From Candidatus Microgenomatus sp. (GTDB lineage: Bacteria > Patescibacteriota > Microgenomatia > UBA8517), in contig DYGS01000001.1 of NCBI GenBank assembly GCA_020724585.1, positions 486,002 to 550,001 of the forward strand: a stretch of 64,000 nt of DNA. The letters run 5' to 3'. Within the stretch, counting starts at the first letter, position 1. Each line of letters opens with the position of its first letter. Below the pieces are notes generated by a model that saw nothing but the letters and a program-made list of their open reading frames with translations, ran no database searches and was not told the origin of the DNA. A program made the position numbers and the translations under genes. Shown piece after piece: positions 24,407-34,302 of the stretch.

Positions 24407-24673
24407 TTAGGCAAAAGCTGGATGAGAATTGTGGGGATGGATTTTTTCTAATTCTTCTATCCTATCTGTATTATCATAAGTTCTTCCACTAACCATTTTC
24501 ATTTGGTCTTCAATGTCATCTAACCTTTTAAGTATTTTTAAATTTTCCTCAAAAAAAGTATCTTTATCAGGTAAGTATTTCAAGTCTTCTTTTGTGGTTA
24601 TATCCATTTCATCCAAAGCTACTTTTACAGCTTCTTTTATAACCTTAAAAATATTTTCATCTCCCTTTGTCAT
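24407..24673 (-). CDS. Small coiled-coil protein of the '...AFA' family (copy 3)
   Basis: 88 aa, ending ...DRIEELEKIHPHNSHPAFA. Convergent with gyrA. Confidence 0.5.
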   Translation of the reverse strand: MTKGDENIFKVIKEAVKVALDEMDITTKEDLKYLPDKDTFFEENLKILKRLDDIEDQMKMVSGRTYDNTDRIEELEKIHPHNSHPAFA

Positions 24674-24727
24674 ATGTTCATTAAATCACTAATTGAAATT
24701 GGTGTCAATTAAATGTTATATTAAATT

Positions 24728-25477
24728 ATGGAGAGAAGAGTGGAATTTGTAGGCAGTATTATTATCTTTTTTGTGCTTCTTTTTGTATATTCCAAATGGG
24801 GGCCGGCAATTCCTTTTTCAACTACAACACAATCAAAAGGAGAGCCTATGATTGTTAGTGGTGAAGGAAAAGTTAAAGTAACTCCTGATACTGCAGTTGT
24901 TAACTTTGGCATTGAAGATCAAGGCCAAAATTTAAAAGCTCTTCAAGATAGGGTAAATAAAAAATCACAAGATTTGATTAAAGAAATACAAAAATTAGGG
25001 ATTGAGGATAAAAATATCAAAACAACATCATATAATATTTATCCCGAAAATGACTACGGTGATGGACAAGCTAGAATTGTAGGCTACAGAGTTAGTATAA
25101 ATTATGAAGTCAGAATAGAAGATTTTGATAAAATAAACGATACAATATCTACTATTACACAAAATGGGGCCAATGTAGTAAGCGGAATTAGCTTTGAATT
25201 AAGTGAAGAATTAAAAACGGAAAAACTAAATGAGGCAAGAGAGATTGCAGCCAAAGAGGCTAAAAATAAAGCAGAAGGGCTTGCAAAAGCGGCAGGGATT
25301 ACACTGGGTAAAATAATTAATGTTTCTGAAAATCAGGCAGGTGGTTATCCAGCTCCAATGTACGAAAAAATGGCCGTGGGTATGGGTGGATCTGACACAA
25401 CCAATATCGCTCCTGAAATAAAAATGGGTCAAACAGAAATATCAGTTATGGTTAATCTCTCGTACGAAGTTCGCTAA
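24728..25477 (+). CDS. SIMPL-domain (DUF541) protein, membrane-anchored
   Basis: N-terminal TM helix, then ...VSGEGKVKVTPDTAVVNFGIE..., the SIMPL/26-kDa periplasmic immunogenic protein pattern. Confidence 0.7.
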   Translation: MERRVEFVGSIIIFFVLLFVYSKWGPAIPFSTTTQSKGEPMIVSGEGKVKVTPDTAVVNFGIEDQGQNLKALQDRVNKKSQDLIKEIQKLGIEDKNIKTTSYNIYPENDYGDGQARIVGYRVSINYEVRIEDFDKINDTISTITQNGANVVSGISFELSEELKTEKLNEAREIAAKEAKNKAEGLAKAAGITLGKIINVSENQAGGYPAPMYEKMAVGMGGSDTTNIAPEIKMGQTEISVMVNLSYEVR

Positions 25478-25480
25478 AGT

Positions 25481-25553
25481 GTCATTGCGAATACAATAAA
25501 GCAATCCGTCTCAGATCGCCACCCGCCACGCTTCGCTTGCGGTCGCGATGACA
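25481..25553. repeat. GC-rich hairpin-closed repeat element (copy 1), REP/MITE-like
   Basis: GTCATTGCGA...cagatcgccacccgccacgcttcgcttgcggTCGCGATGAC. The two ends form a 10-bp stem. Shares a ~45-bp core with 29401..29483. Lies exactly between the stop codons of convergent genes. Confidence 0.6.
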
Positions 25554-26564
25554 TTATATATTATTCTTAATATACTTTTTTATTTCTTCAAATTTTCCTT
25601 CACCATTTCTTGGAACTAAAATATAGGCTCCTTCTTTACTTTTACTCGATACTAATACATTTTCTTCAGTTAGTTGAATTGAAGAAACTGAATAATCAAG
25701 AGGATTGCCAATACTAGCAAGTATTTCTTTTACACGATTTTCATTTAAATCAGTTTTAACAAAACTAAACACTTCAGCGACTTTATTTACATCTGCTTTT
25801 TGTAATATTGCTTTTAAAACTTCAAACTGATGCTGGCTTCTCACAAAATCACTTCCTCCATGCCTACTTCTAACATACTTTAGGGCGTTTGAGCCATCCA
25901 TCTGATTTAAACCAACAGCATATGATATAGTCTCATATCTACATGTAAATTGCTTTTCAAGTTCAAAACCAGAATATTTTTGATGAAGTTCAGAAACTTT
26001 TTGAGAATCAAAACCACAAAGTTCATTTTCAAGACCTTTTACTGGATAAAAATTATCTGTATATGCCTTTTTAACATCAACACTAATCCCTCCTAGACTA
26101 TCTATAAATTTAATAAAGCTATTAAAATCAACAGATATAGTGTTAGAGATAGCAAGCCCTGTTATGGCATTTAGTGCATCTTTGATTGAGGGATCATTAT
26201 TTATTTTGTGGCCAGAAAAATATAAATCGCGAGGAATTGAAATAAGTGTTGCCTTTTTATCTGTTGTATTAATAGAAACAACTATTATAGAATCCGCCAG
26301 TGTACCGCCGGGGTGCCCTGCACCGCCAAAACCCAATAGTAAAATATTAAACCTATTGGCATCTTTACTAGTTTCTCTTTTTTCCTCAAGAATTGTAGGT
26401 AGGGGAGAGGCATAGGTTTTTGCGAGAGTATTACTGCTTTGTTTTTTATTTAAAAAATATGTTTTATACCCAAAGGATCCTAAAAACATTCCTAATATAA
26501 ATATAAAACCAATAAATAAAGATAATTTGTAAGGATAGGATAGATTTTTAAAAAATTCTTTCAC
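25554..26564 (-). CDS. LytR-CpsA-Psr (LCP) family protein
   Basis: N-terminal TM, then NILLLGFGGAGHPGGTLADSIIVVSIN...ISIPRD, the LCP signature. Confidence 0.8.
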   Translation of the reverse strand: MKEFFKNLSYPYKLSLFIGFIFILGMFLGSFGYKTYFLNKKQSSNTLAKTYASPLPTILEEKRETSKDANRFNILLLGFGGAGHPGGTLADSIIVVSINTTDKKATLISIPRDLYFSGHKINNDPSIKDALNAITGLAISNTISVDFNSFIKFIDSLGGISVDVKKAYTDNFYPVKGLENELCGFDSQKVSELHQKYSGFELEKQFTCRYETISYAVGLNQMDGSNALKYVRSRHGGSDFVRSQHQFEVLKAILQKADVNKVAEVFSFVKTDLNENRVKEILASIGNPLDYSVSSIQLTEENVLVSSKSKEGAYILVPRNGEGKFEEIKKYIKNNI

Positions 26565-26583
26565 AAATTTAAGTATATCAAAA

Positions 26584-26799
26584 TTAACTATTTTTTAATT
26601 TGCCTTCATCTTTTTCATGAATCTGACTCCAGTGAGGTTTAACAACACCCTTATTTTTAGAAAAATACTCAAAGATCTGCGCTTTGTTCATTCCATGATT
26701 AAGCATTATCTCAACAATTCCAAGTTGCTCTGGGCTTAAAAATTTTTTAAACATTCCTCTCAACTTTGGAGTTTTTTCAGTACTTTCTATTTTTGTCAT
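26584..26799 (-). CDS. Small hypothetical protein, possible HTH
   Basis: 71 aa. 4-bp overlap with the upstream recombinase gene. No recognised motif. Confidence 0.3.
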   Translation of the reverse strand: MTKIESTEKTPKLRGMFKKFLSPEQLGIVEIMLNHGMNKAQIFEYFSKNKGVVKPHWSQIHEKDEGKLKNS

Positions 26800-27725
26800 T
26801 TACCCCTCCCGTGGAATGTTTCGTGGATATCTTTTAATTGTTTATTTGTAACATGTGTATATATTTGTGTCGTTGATATATTTTTATGCCCTAACATCTC
26901 TTGCACAGATCTGATATCAGCACCTGCTATTAATAGATCAGTTGCATATGAATGTCTCATGGTATGTGGTGTTGCGTCAATTGGAAGTTTTACTTTTTTA
27001 ACATATTTTTTAATAAGTCTCTCAACTGATCGGGGAGTGAGCCTCATTTTTTCATCACTTGTAGTTGGATCAATTTTACCCTTATGCCTAATGAATAATG
27101 GCTTGAAGTGGTCTTTTCTATTATCCAAATATTTTTTTAAATACTCAGAGGCGCGGCTTGATAAAAAAACAACTCTTGCTCTGCCCCCTTTACCGGTTAT
27201 TCCAAATTCTCTTCTATTAAAATCAATTTTATCTCTATTTAAACTTGTTAGTTCAGATACTCGAAGTCCTGTTGAAAATAATACTTCTAAAATTGCCTTG
27301 TCTCTTATTCCTTGAATATCAGAAAGTGTCGGAGCATTTAAAAGTCTGTCTACCTGCTCACCAGTTAAAAATTTAACTTGTCTATCTGGAACTTTAGGAA
27401 GATCAATTTTAGTAGGTTCCATAACATCAATATCATTTTTAAGTAGCCACTTTAAAAATGAACGAAGAGCAATAGCATGATAGCCTTGTGTCTTTCTACC
27501 CAAACCCAGTTTAGTTAAATGAAGTCGAAAATCATGAACGATATCTTGATTTATATCTTTTAATTTAGCGTTTTCTTTTTTAGTATTTAACCAAATTAAA
27601 AGTCTAGTAAGATAATGTCTATAATTTCTAATTGTTAGGGGAGAGGAGCCGCGCTCAACAGCCAAGTAATCTAAAAAGTCATCTATTTTCTTAACAATTT
27701 CTGATGAATTATTTTGACTGGGCAT
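26796..27725 (-). CDS. xerD: Tyrosine site-specific recombinase, XerC/XerD-like
   Basis: 309 aa. N-terminal SAM-like domain (LDYLAVERGSSPLTIRNY). C-terminal R..HxxR..Y catalytic region (HTMRHSYATDLL...GHKNISTTQIYTHV). Confidence 0.8.
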   Translation of the reverse strand: MPSQNNSSEIVKKIDDFLDYLAVERGSSPLTIRNYRHYLTRLLIWLNTKKENAKLKDINQDIVHDFRLHLTKLGLGRKTQGYHAIALRSFLKWLLKNDIDVMEPTKIDLPKVPDRQVKFLTGEQVDRLLNAPTLSDIQGIRDKAILEVLFSTGLRVSELTSLNRDKIDFNRREFGITGKGGRARVVFLSSRASEYLKKYLDNRKDHFKPLFIRHKGKIDPTTSDEKMRLTPRSVERLIKKYVKKVKLPIDATPHTMRHSYATDLLIAGADIRSVQEMLGHKNISTTQIYTHVTNKQLKDIHETFHGRGK

Positions 27726-27808
27726 CGTCTAATAAAAAGTTTACTCTGAGCTTGTCGAAGAGTCAATAACATTGTACGACATAGATATTTTTCTATGAAT
27801 TTATCTCA

Positions 27809-28810
27809 TTATTCCAATGATTCCCACTTAAAATCCCGCAATAACCAATAAGCTGTGCTTTTGATATCATCTTGCGGAGACCTTCTAAGGATTGAAAGTA
27901 ATGACTCATGAACCCATTGTCTAAAGAGACTCGGATTGCTTGCAACATTTTGTCCATCGAACCTCTCATGATATTGATCAATAAATGAAAAACCTCCTGG
28001 CTCCACTTTCAACTTTCTAAAAAGTCTACAACAACTAATCTCTCTCGTGTTAGATGTCGGACCTGAAAAAAAGGGGCTAGACTCTGGTTTAAAAAACGGG
28101 ATTGGAAAATTATAACTTGCTTTAGTGGTTGTTTGATAAATAATTTCAAGCAATGAAATGTTATTTCGTATTGAATATTGACATATAGCTCCAAATACTA
28201 ATGACCATCTGGAAATAACAGATTGTTGGTAATCACACCATTCTCTTGAGTTCCTATCTAAAGTCCAAGGAGCTTCGTCGCCTGACATTGCACCTAAAAG
28301 CTCAATATTATCTCCTCCAATGTTTTCTTTATACCATTTAACAACTGAGGGGATCGATGATTTTTGAAAGATAGAGTTGACTACCCTTGAGTACAAAGGT
28401 AGCTTAGATTTTAGACAATCAGAAAGTATGTCTTCATTAAGGTACATTACAACATCGTCAGCCAAAATCCCTGCCCCGTTAGCAAAATGTAGTAAAAGGA
28501 AAAGAACATCTCCTAGCTCGCCATATTTTTCAGATGGATTAGCTTTTGCAAACTCGTAACCCTCCTCAACGGCTTGCCTAAGATAGTTGAAATTTACACC
28601 AAAATCCATTTTATAACCATGTTTCTCAGATCTTTTGTATAATCCTTGTTTAATAGCATTCATAACTGATCCCATTGTTGGTCTTTCATCAATCCAAATC
28701 TGGACAGTTTGTAACATCCATGGAAGCTCGGTAAATGCTATTTCTTGAACTGGATCTTCAATATCTCTAGGCACAAAGGGTATTTCTTTTAACATGTTTG
28801 CAATATACAA
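27809..28810 (-). CDS. Protein with MazG-like NTP-pyrophosphohydrolase motif fused to an uncharacterised C-terminal domain
   Basis: ...EKYGELGDVLFLLLHFANGAGI resembles the MazG EExGDLLF helix. The rest has no recognised motif. Confidence 0.4.
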   Translation of the reverse strand: MYIANMLKEIPFVPRDIEDPVQEIAFTELPWMLQTVQIWIDERPTMGSVMNAIKQGLYKRSEKHGYKMDFGVNFNYLRQAVEEGYEFAKANPSEKYGELGDVLFLLLHFANGAGILADDVVMYLNEDILSDCLKSKLPLYSRVVNSIFQKSSIPSVVKWYKENIGGDNIELLGAMSGDEAPWTLDRNSREWCDYQQSVISRWSLVFGAICQYSIRNNISLLEIIYQTTTKASYNFPIPFFKPESSPFFSGPTSNTREISCCRLFRKLKVEPGGFSFIDQYHERFDGQNVASNPSLFRQWVHESLLSILRRSPQDDIKSTAYWLLRDFKWESLE

Positions 28811-29400
28811 GAAATAATTAAATTGTCAAAGTTTTCATGATTTTCACGGACAGAGAGAAAATGGGGGAGAGGGACTACCCTATTTCATAGGGCAAATTTT
28901 TAATTTTAAATTTTTAATTTTTAATAAATTTCTAAAAAAATTATTTAATAAATAATAATTAATAATTTTGATTAATAATTAGTAACTAAGAATTAGAAAT
29001 AGCCTGATAAAATCAGGTTTATAAGTGGCCTCACCAAATCGATTTTAAGGCCTGTCTGGAGAAAAAGACGACTACTAGGTCGTCTAAATATTATGTCGTA
29101 TTTTCGATATAATGTAGCACTTCTCTGAAAAATAGTATATAGGGGATAGTATTTAGTATATTGGAAGCTAGAACCAAAAAGTTTATAGTCAGGATAAATA
29201 TAGAGCAAAATAGTAAAAAAAACTTAATAGAACATTAATGTTATTGTCATAATTAATTTATAATTAGTAATTTTTAATTAAAAACAACACACCTCCCCCT
29301 GACCTAAAATTTATATAGCGTCGTAAAAGTATTATTGTGCGACTACAAATTGTATTAAGTAATGTGTCGTATACTATAAAGAGAATAGTACTATACAAAT

Positions 29401-29483
29401 GTCATTGCGATCCCGCATTGCGGGAGAAGTAATCTAAAAACCCAGATCGCCACCCGCCACGCTTCACTCGCGGTCGCGATGAC
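29401..29483. repeat. GC-rich hairpin-closed repeat element (copy 2), with internal 19-bp hairpin insertion
   Basis: GTCATTGCGA tcccgcattgcgggagaag ...cagatcgccacccgccacgcttcactcgcggTCGCGATGAC. Confidence 0.6.
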
Positions 29484-29619
29484 ACGAAGTTATCCACATG
29501 ATAGTATCAAACTATATCATCCGTGAAAACTATAGGTAATACTCGTGAAAACACACATCCTATAATAATTTCCTCTTTTAACTTCCCTTCCCCCACTCCC
29601 CGGTTTGTATCCGGTAAAT

Positions 29620-30390
29620 TTATCCACCCCAACGAGTTGCAAAAAACATTCCAATTAAGACCAAAAAACCGACTGTTAAATACTCTCTAACAACTGTTGG
29701 GAAAAGCCTGTCTTCAAGTTTAGCCTGCCCAAGTCCTAAAAGAAGGTAGAGGCCGCTAGTTAAAAAAAGCGATCCAACAACAACCGTCACAGGCCAGAAA
29801 AATAAAATCAAAGAAAGCTCGGCGATAATAAGCGAAGACACGAAACTCATAACCAATATTTTTCTATCAAATTTTGACTCCAAATCAATTGACCAAAATC
29901 CTTGATAAAATAACAAAAACGAAATTGTAAATATAAGCGGAACAAGCCATAAGAGACCGCCTCTAACCGAAATAACTGCATCGTAGAGTAAAAAACCAAC
30001 TACAAGAGTCATAACAAATCCAACTCCCCGAGCCGCTCTTAAAAGTGCAATTGTTTTACTGGCTGAAACTGTATAAATATTCATTGTTGATAAAAGAACA
30101 TATATGCCAACCGCATAAAACAAAACTGATGGAATCCTGGTGAAAATATTAACAGGCAACAGAAACCAAAATACGCCAACCCCAAGCGTAAACATTGTAG
30201 GAAGAACCAACGATAAAAGTGTCATGTTTTTGCCCAAACCCTCATAAAAAGACCAAAAAGAGAAAATCGAGGTTAGTATTGTCAAAAAAGCAATTGCCAC
30301 AAATCTTAATTGATTATCCAAGAATTGCATTCCCACAAAACCCAAAGTTAGTATGGCGGAAGAGATTAAAAACCTTATTCTTTTAGGCAT
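29620..30390 (-). CDS. Polytopic integral membrane protein (hypothetical)
   Basis: 256 aa with ~7 hydrophobic helices. No motif recognised. Confidence 0.45.
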   Translation of the reverse strand: MPKRIRFLISSAILTLGFVGMQFLDNQLRFVAIAFLTILTSIFSFWSFYEGLGKNMTLLSLVLPTMFTLGVGVFWFLLPVNIFTRIPSVLFYAVGIYVLLSTMNIYTVSASKTIALLRAARGVGFVMTLVVGFLLYDAVISVRGGLLWLVPLIFTISFLLFYQGFWSIDLESKFDRKILVMSFVSSLIIAELSLILFFWPVTVVVGSLFLTSGLYLLLGLGQAKLEDRLFPTVVREYLTVGFLVLIGMFFATRWGG

Positions 30391-30403
30391 AAAATTGGTT
30401 TAT

Positions 30404-31114
30404 TTAAAAATTGGTAAAGACTCTTTGGACATCATCGTGCTCCTCAAAGGCTTCTATGGCTTTCTCAAGCTTGGCGATTTTTTCCGGATCGTTTATCTCC
30501 ATATAATTTTTAGGCTTGAAGATAATTTCTTGTCTTTTTATCTCAAAACCTTTTTTCGTTATCTCGTCGCTAATAGCCTTAAATTTGTCTACTGGCAAAT
30601 AAACTTCAATACCATCTTCAACAATCTCAAAATCCTCCACTCCCAAGTCGATTAAAGAAAGCGTTTGGGAATCAGGATCATCATTTTTTGCAACCAATAT
30701 AAAACCTTTGTTTTCAAAATTATAGAGAACCGAATTTGGCCCTCCCAATGCTCCCCCATTTTTCTCAAAAATATTTTTCATATCCTGAGCTGTCCTGTTT
30801 TTATTATCGGTTGCAGTTTCAACCACGAAGGCTACTCCAAATGGTCCAAAACCTTCATAAGTAATTTCTTCCAAAGAATCAGCCTTGTTTTCGGCGTTTT
30901 TTAGGATTCTGTCAATATTTTCTTTAGGCATGTTTTCCTGCTTCGCCTTATCAATTGCCACCCTAAGTTTAAAATTCATATCCGGATTTGCACTTCCCCC
31001 CGATTTTATGGCAATAGAAATCATTTTAGACAGCTTTCCAAAAAGATTGCCCTTCTTGGCATCTTTGCTCATCTTTTGTCTTTTGATAGTCGCAAAATGT
31101 GAATGACCAGACAT
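30404..31114 (-). CDS. yebC: YebC/PmpR family transcriptional regulator
   Basis: MSGHSHFATIKRQK...GNLFGKL matches the YebC N-terminus (MAGHSKWANIKH...). Start chosen at the internal Met at 31114, not the ORF-track start. Confidence 0.85.
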   Translation of the reverse strand: MSGHSHFATIKRQKMSKDAKKGNLFGKLSKMISIAIKSGGSANPDMNFKLRVAIDKAKQENMPKENIDRILKNAENKADSLEEITYEGFGPFGVAFVVETATDNKNRTAQDMKNIFEKNGGALGGPNSVLYNFENKGFILVAKNDDPDSQTLSLIDLGVEDFEIVEDGIEVYLPVDKFKAISDEITKKGFEIKRQEIIFKPKNYMEINDPEKIAKLEKAIEAFEEHDDVQRVFTNF

Positions 31115-31241
31115 AATTTGTTCTATTATAGCGAGCACAAAACAAAATGTCACTTTTTTGTGCGAGATATATAGTCATTTTTGTTTTAAAATGATTATAT
31201 ATCATTGACAGCAAAGATCTCACCACTATAATTATTCTGAT

Positions 31242-31841
31242 ATGTCGCCTGATAATTTAGACGAATTAGCCGTTAGCCTTGCACTTCAGTGCGAATGGAA
31301 GAAAGCAATAGAAATTAATAACAAAATTTTATCCATTGATCCAGAAAATATAGATGCCTTAAATAGATTAGCGAGGGCTTATTTTGAAACAGGCAATACA
31401 AAAAGGGCAATTGAAATCTCCAAAAAAGTACTATCAATTGAATCTACTAATACAATTGCAACAAGAGCCATACAAAAATATAAAACTGCAAAAACCAATT
31501 CACTCAAAAATCAGTCAATAAACGCATCTGACTTTATCGAGGAGCCGGGCAAAACTAAAACAGTACTGCTTATAAATCCAGGCCGTGAATCAATAATTTC
31601 TTGCCTTGACAGTGGAGATGAGTTAATGATTCAATCGCACTCTCACAAAGTTAATGTTACAACCATGGATGGAAAATATATAGGAAGATTTCCAGATGAT
31701 ATCTCCGCCGTTGTCAGAAGACTTATAAAAGACGGAGCAATTTTTAAAGTTTTAATTAAATCAGTTGATAACCATGATGTCCGTGTTTTTGTTAAATGCT
31801 CAAAACCTCTGGCTAAACTGAAGTCCCAGGATGACTTCTAA
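31242..31841 (+). CDS. TPR-repeat protein (hypothetical)
   Basis: N-terminal TPR-like repeats (...ALNRLARAYFETGNTKRAIEISKKVL...). Confidence 0.45.
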   Translation: MSPDNLDELAVSLALQCEWKKAIEINNKILSIDPENIDALNRLARAYFETGNTKRAIEISKKVLSIESTNTIATRAIQKYKTAKTNSLKNQSINASDFIEEPGKTKTVLLINPGRESIISCLDSGDELMIQSHSHKVNVTTMDGKYIGRFPDDISAVVRRLIKDGAIFKVLIKSVDNHDVRVFVKCSKPLAKLKSQDDF

Positions 31842-32609
31842 ATCGCTACCCACTTCGTTTGTCTCCTCTACCTCGCATCCCAATGATTTAGCAAGAGAAA
31901 TGATTTCATCTGTTTTCATTTTAAATTTAAAAATACATCCTTTGTCTACGACCTCTTTTCTTTTATAACTGCCTACTTTTAATCCCGCAGATTTAATAAT
32001 TTCCGAAAAATTTTCTGCCCCATCAATACTTCCAGTCGAATCTACTACTTCTATTGATTTATAGTTTTCTGCTAATTCAACATCATAAAAATTAACCAAT
32101 ATCTCGTTTGGCTGACGGCCAACTTTTTTGATATTTAATTCAACGATCTCCGATCTTATTATCCCCTTTTCAAATGAGGTTACAAAAATATTCATTAGTT
32201 TAGGTAAATTTGTCCTATTTTCGCTCTTATAATAATGTATTGGTAGGTAAAAATTTTTAATGATCGTATCAGTCAAAAGACCGCCTTTTAACTTCTCATT
32301 TTGATCAAGCAGCCAAACATTTCCAAGTTTGTATTCACCGTAATTTCTGGCAGAATCAACAGTCAAATTGCTATCGATGCTTATTTTTATGAATTTATTA
32401 TTTTTATTATCAACAATGTTTATGTATATTGGCTCACCGCTCCTCCCCACTTTTACATATATTATGCTATCAATTTTTTTAAGCATCAAAAAAACAGCTG
32501 CAGCCACGGACGAAATGGCAATTAACATTGCCAAGATTAAAAAACTAATATAAAATTTTATCCTTTTTCTTTTTTCTTTCTGGTGTTTAATTTTTTTAAG
32601 TCTTCGCAT
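31800..32609 (-). CDS. Membrane-anchored hypothetical protein
   Basis: Basic N-terminus plus one TM helix. 269 aa. Confidence 0.35.
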   Translation of the reverse strand: MRRLKKIKHQKEKRKRIKFYISFLILAMLIAISSVAAAVFLMLKKIDSIIYVKVGRSGEPIYINIVDNKNNKFIKISIDSNLTVDSARNYGEYKLGNVWLLDQNEKLKGGLLTDTIIKNFYLPIHYYKSENRTNLPKLMNIFVTSFEKGIIRSEIVELNIKKVGRQPNEILVNFYDVELAENYKSIEVVDSTGSIDGAENFSEIIKSAGLKVGSYKRKEVVDKGCIFKFKMKTDEIISLAKSLGCEVEETNEVGSDLEVILGLQFSQRF

Positions 32610-34284
32610 GGGTTTTAATATACATCAATCGGTTAAAATTACTCCTTCCCATCTTGGTTATTCTTTTGCGGCTTAAGCCATGGGTTAAAAATATATGTCT
32701 CAAAAATTCACCCGCAACAATATCAGGATTTAGCACATAATCTGCTCCTGCTTCATAAAGTCTTAAAGACGACTCTCTATCTTCACTGCTCCCTATAAAA
32801 ATCGGCCTTGGAGAATGATTTTTAATTGATGACAAAACTGACAGATTTTCTTCCAAATTTGGAACTGTGCAGATAATCATTTTTGAGTCGGCGAGCTTTA
32901 CTTTTTCCTGAATTTCAGTATCTAATATATCACCCAAGATAGTATTTATATTTTCGCTCGTGAGGCTTATAAAAACTGATGGGTTAAAGTCAACTACAAC
33001 AATGGGAATTTCTCTTTTTAAAAAATAGGGAAGTAAAAGTCTTCCAATTTTGTCGGCGCCTATTAAAACAACATGGTTTTTAATATCTATCTCTTTTTCA
33101 AAAACCGATTCATTTGTTGTTCTTCTTTCAAAAATCTTGAGTAAGTTTTTTAAATATTTATAAATCCTTTCAGATTCCATAATAAGATATGTTGACGCTG
33201 TCATAGTTATAGCTCCAACCAATATGATTAAGGTTAAGGCGCTATCGTCTAAATGCCCCAAGGACCTGCCCATTGCCATTAAAATAAATGAAAATTCCGA
33301 GATCTGAGCAACCGTCACCGAAGCCAGAAAAGAAGTTCTGCTTTTATGCCCCAATAGTCCCATTATCGTCATGACAATTAAAGGGTTTCCTATCAATACA
33401 AAAAGTGACAGTAAAATTGCTTTAGGAAGAAGGTTAAAAGCATCCCAAACAACTAGTTGACTTCCCAAGGAAACAAAAAACAGAGTTAGGAAAAAATCTC
33501 GAAGCGACCTTGTTTTTGAGGCTATGCCAAAATGTTGGGGCAAATTTGAAAGAGCAAGACCTGCCAAAAAACCTCCTATTTCAAAACTAAATCCAAGCGG
33601 TCCCTCAACAAATGAGGCCATTCCCAGTGCCCAAGCTATGCTGATAATAAACAAAAGCTCTTGCGACTGCCCCACAATCTTTGCAAAAATTGTTGGCAAT
33701 ATTTTTTTTGACAACTGCCAAATTACAAAAATCAAGAGACACGATTTTAATAAAGTTAAAAGGACGGAAAAGTAACTTAAATTATTATCTTTAAGTCCCG
33801 CCAGAATAACCAAAAGAAGGACAGCAACAAAATCCTGAACTAACAAAAATCCAACAGAAATTTTACCGTATAAACTTCCTAAATCTTTTTTTTCCGATAA
33901 AAGTTTCACTATTATAATGGTTGAGGAAAAAGTCAAAGCTATGGCGATATAAATCGCGGGTAGTGTATTAAACCCGAGTGCAGATGCGATCAAAAAACCA
34001 AAAGCGGCTGTAAAAATGATCTGTCCCAATCCCGTTGATAATGCCGCCTTCCCCACCCCTGCAATATCCCGAGCATTCATTTCAATACCAACCAAAAACA
34101 AAAGTAGAGCAACTCCTATCTTGCCAAGCATTTCAAAAGATTTGTGATCCGAAAGCATGCCCGTTGAAGCTAAAAACATGCCCGCAAACAAAAAACCTAT
34201 CAAAATTGGCTGTTTAAAAAATCTTGCAAAAATGCCAAAGACTGCAGATACACCCAAAAGCAGCGACAAACTATTAAGTTCCAT
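32596..34284 (-). CDS. Monovalent cation:proton antiporter (CPA2/Kef-type) with C-terminal RCK/TrkA-N domain
   Basis: 562 aa. ~12 TM helices. A Rossmann-like VVLIGADKIG domain follows. Confidence 0.8.
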   Translation of the reverse strand: MELNSLSLLLGVSAVFGIFARFFKQPILIGFLFAGMFLASTGMLSDHKSFEMLGKIGVALLLFLVGIEMNARDIAGVGKAALSTGLGQIIFTAAFGFLIASALGFNTLPAIYIAIALTFSSTIIIVKLLSEKKDLGSLYGKISVGFLLVQDFVAVLLLVILAGLKDNNLSYFSVLLTLLKSCLLIFVIWQLSKKILPTIFAKIVGQSQELLFIISIAWALGMASFVEGPLGFSFEIGGFLAGLALSNLPQHFGIASKTRSLRDFFLTLFFVSLGSQLVVWDAFNLLPKAILLSLFVLIGNPLIVMTIMGLLGHKSRTSFLASVTVAQISEFSFILMAMGRSLGHLDDSALTLIILVGAITMTASTYLIMESERIYKYLKNLLKIFERRTTNESVFEKEIDIKNHVVLIGADKIGRLLLPYFLKREIPIVVVDFNPSVFISLTSENINTILGDILDTEIQEKVKLADSKMIICTVPNLEENLSVLSSIKNHSPRPIFIGSSEDRESSLRLYEAGADYVLNPDIVAGEFLRHIFLTHGLSRKRITKMGRSNFNRLMYIKTHAKT

Positions 34285-34302
34285 AAATCTTATCTTTTAA
34301 GC

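Noticed and set aside
29486-29494. Perfect DnaA box TTATCCACA as evidence for oriC
   Set aside because: A single perfect 9-mer is expected by chance in a 64-kb window. No dnaA/dnaN are nearby. It is kept only as a low-interest note within the long-spacer finding.
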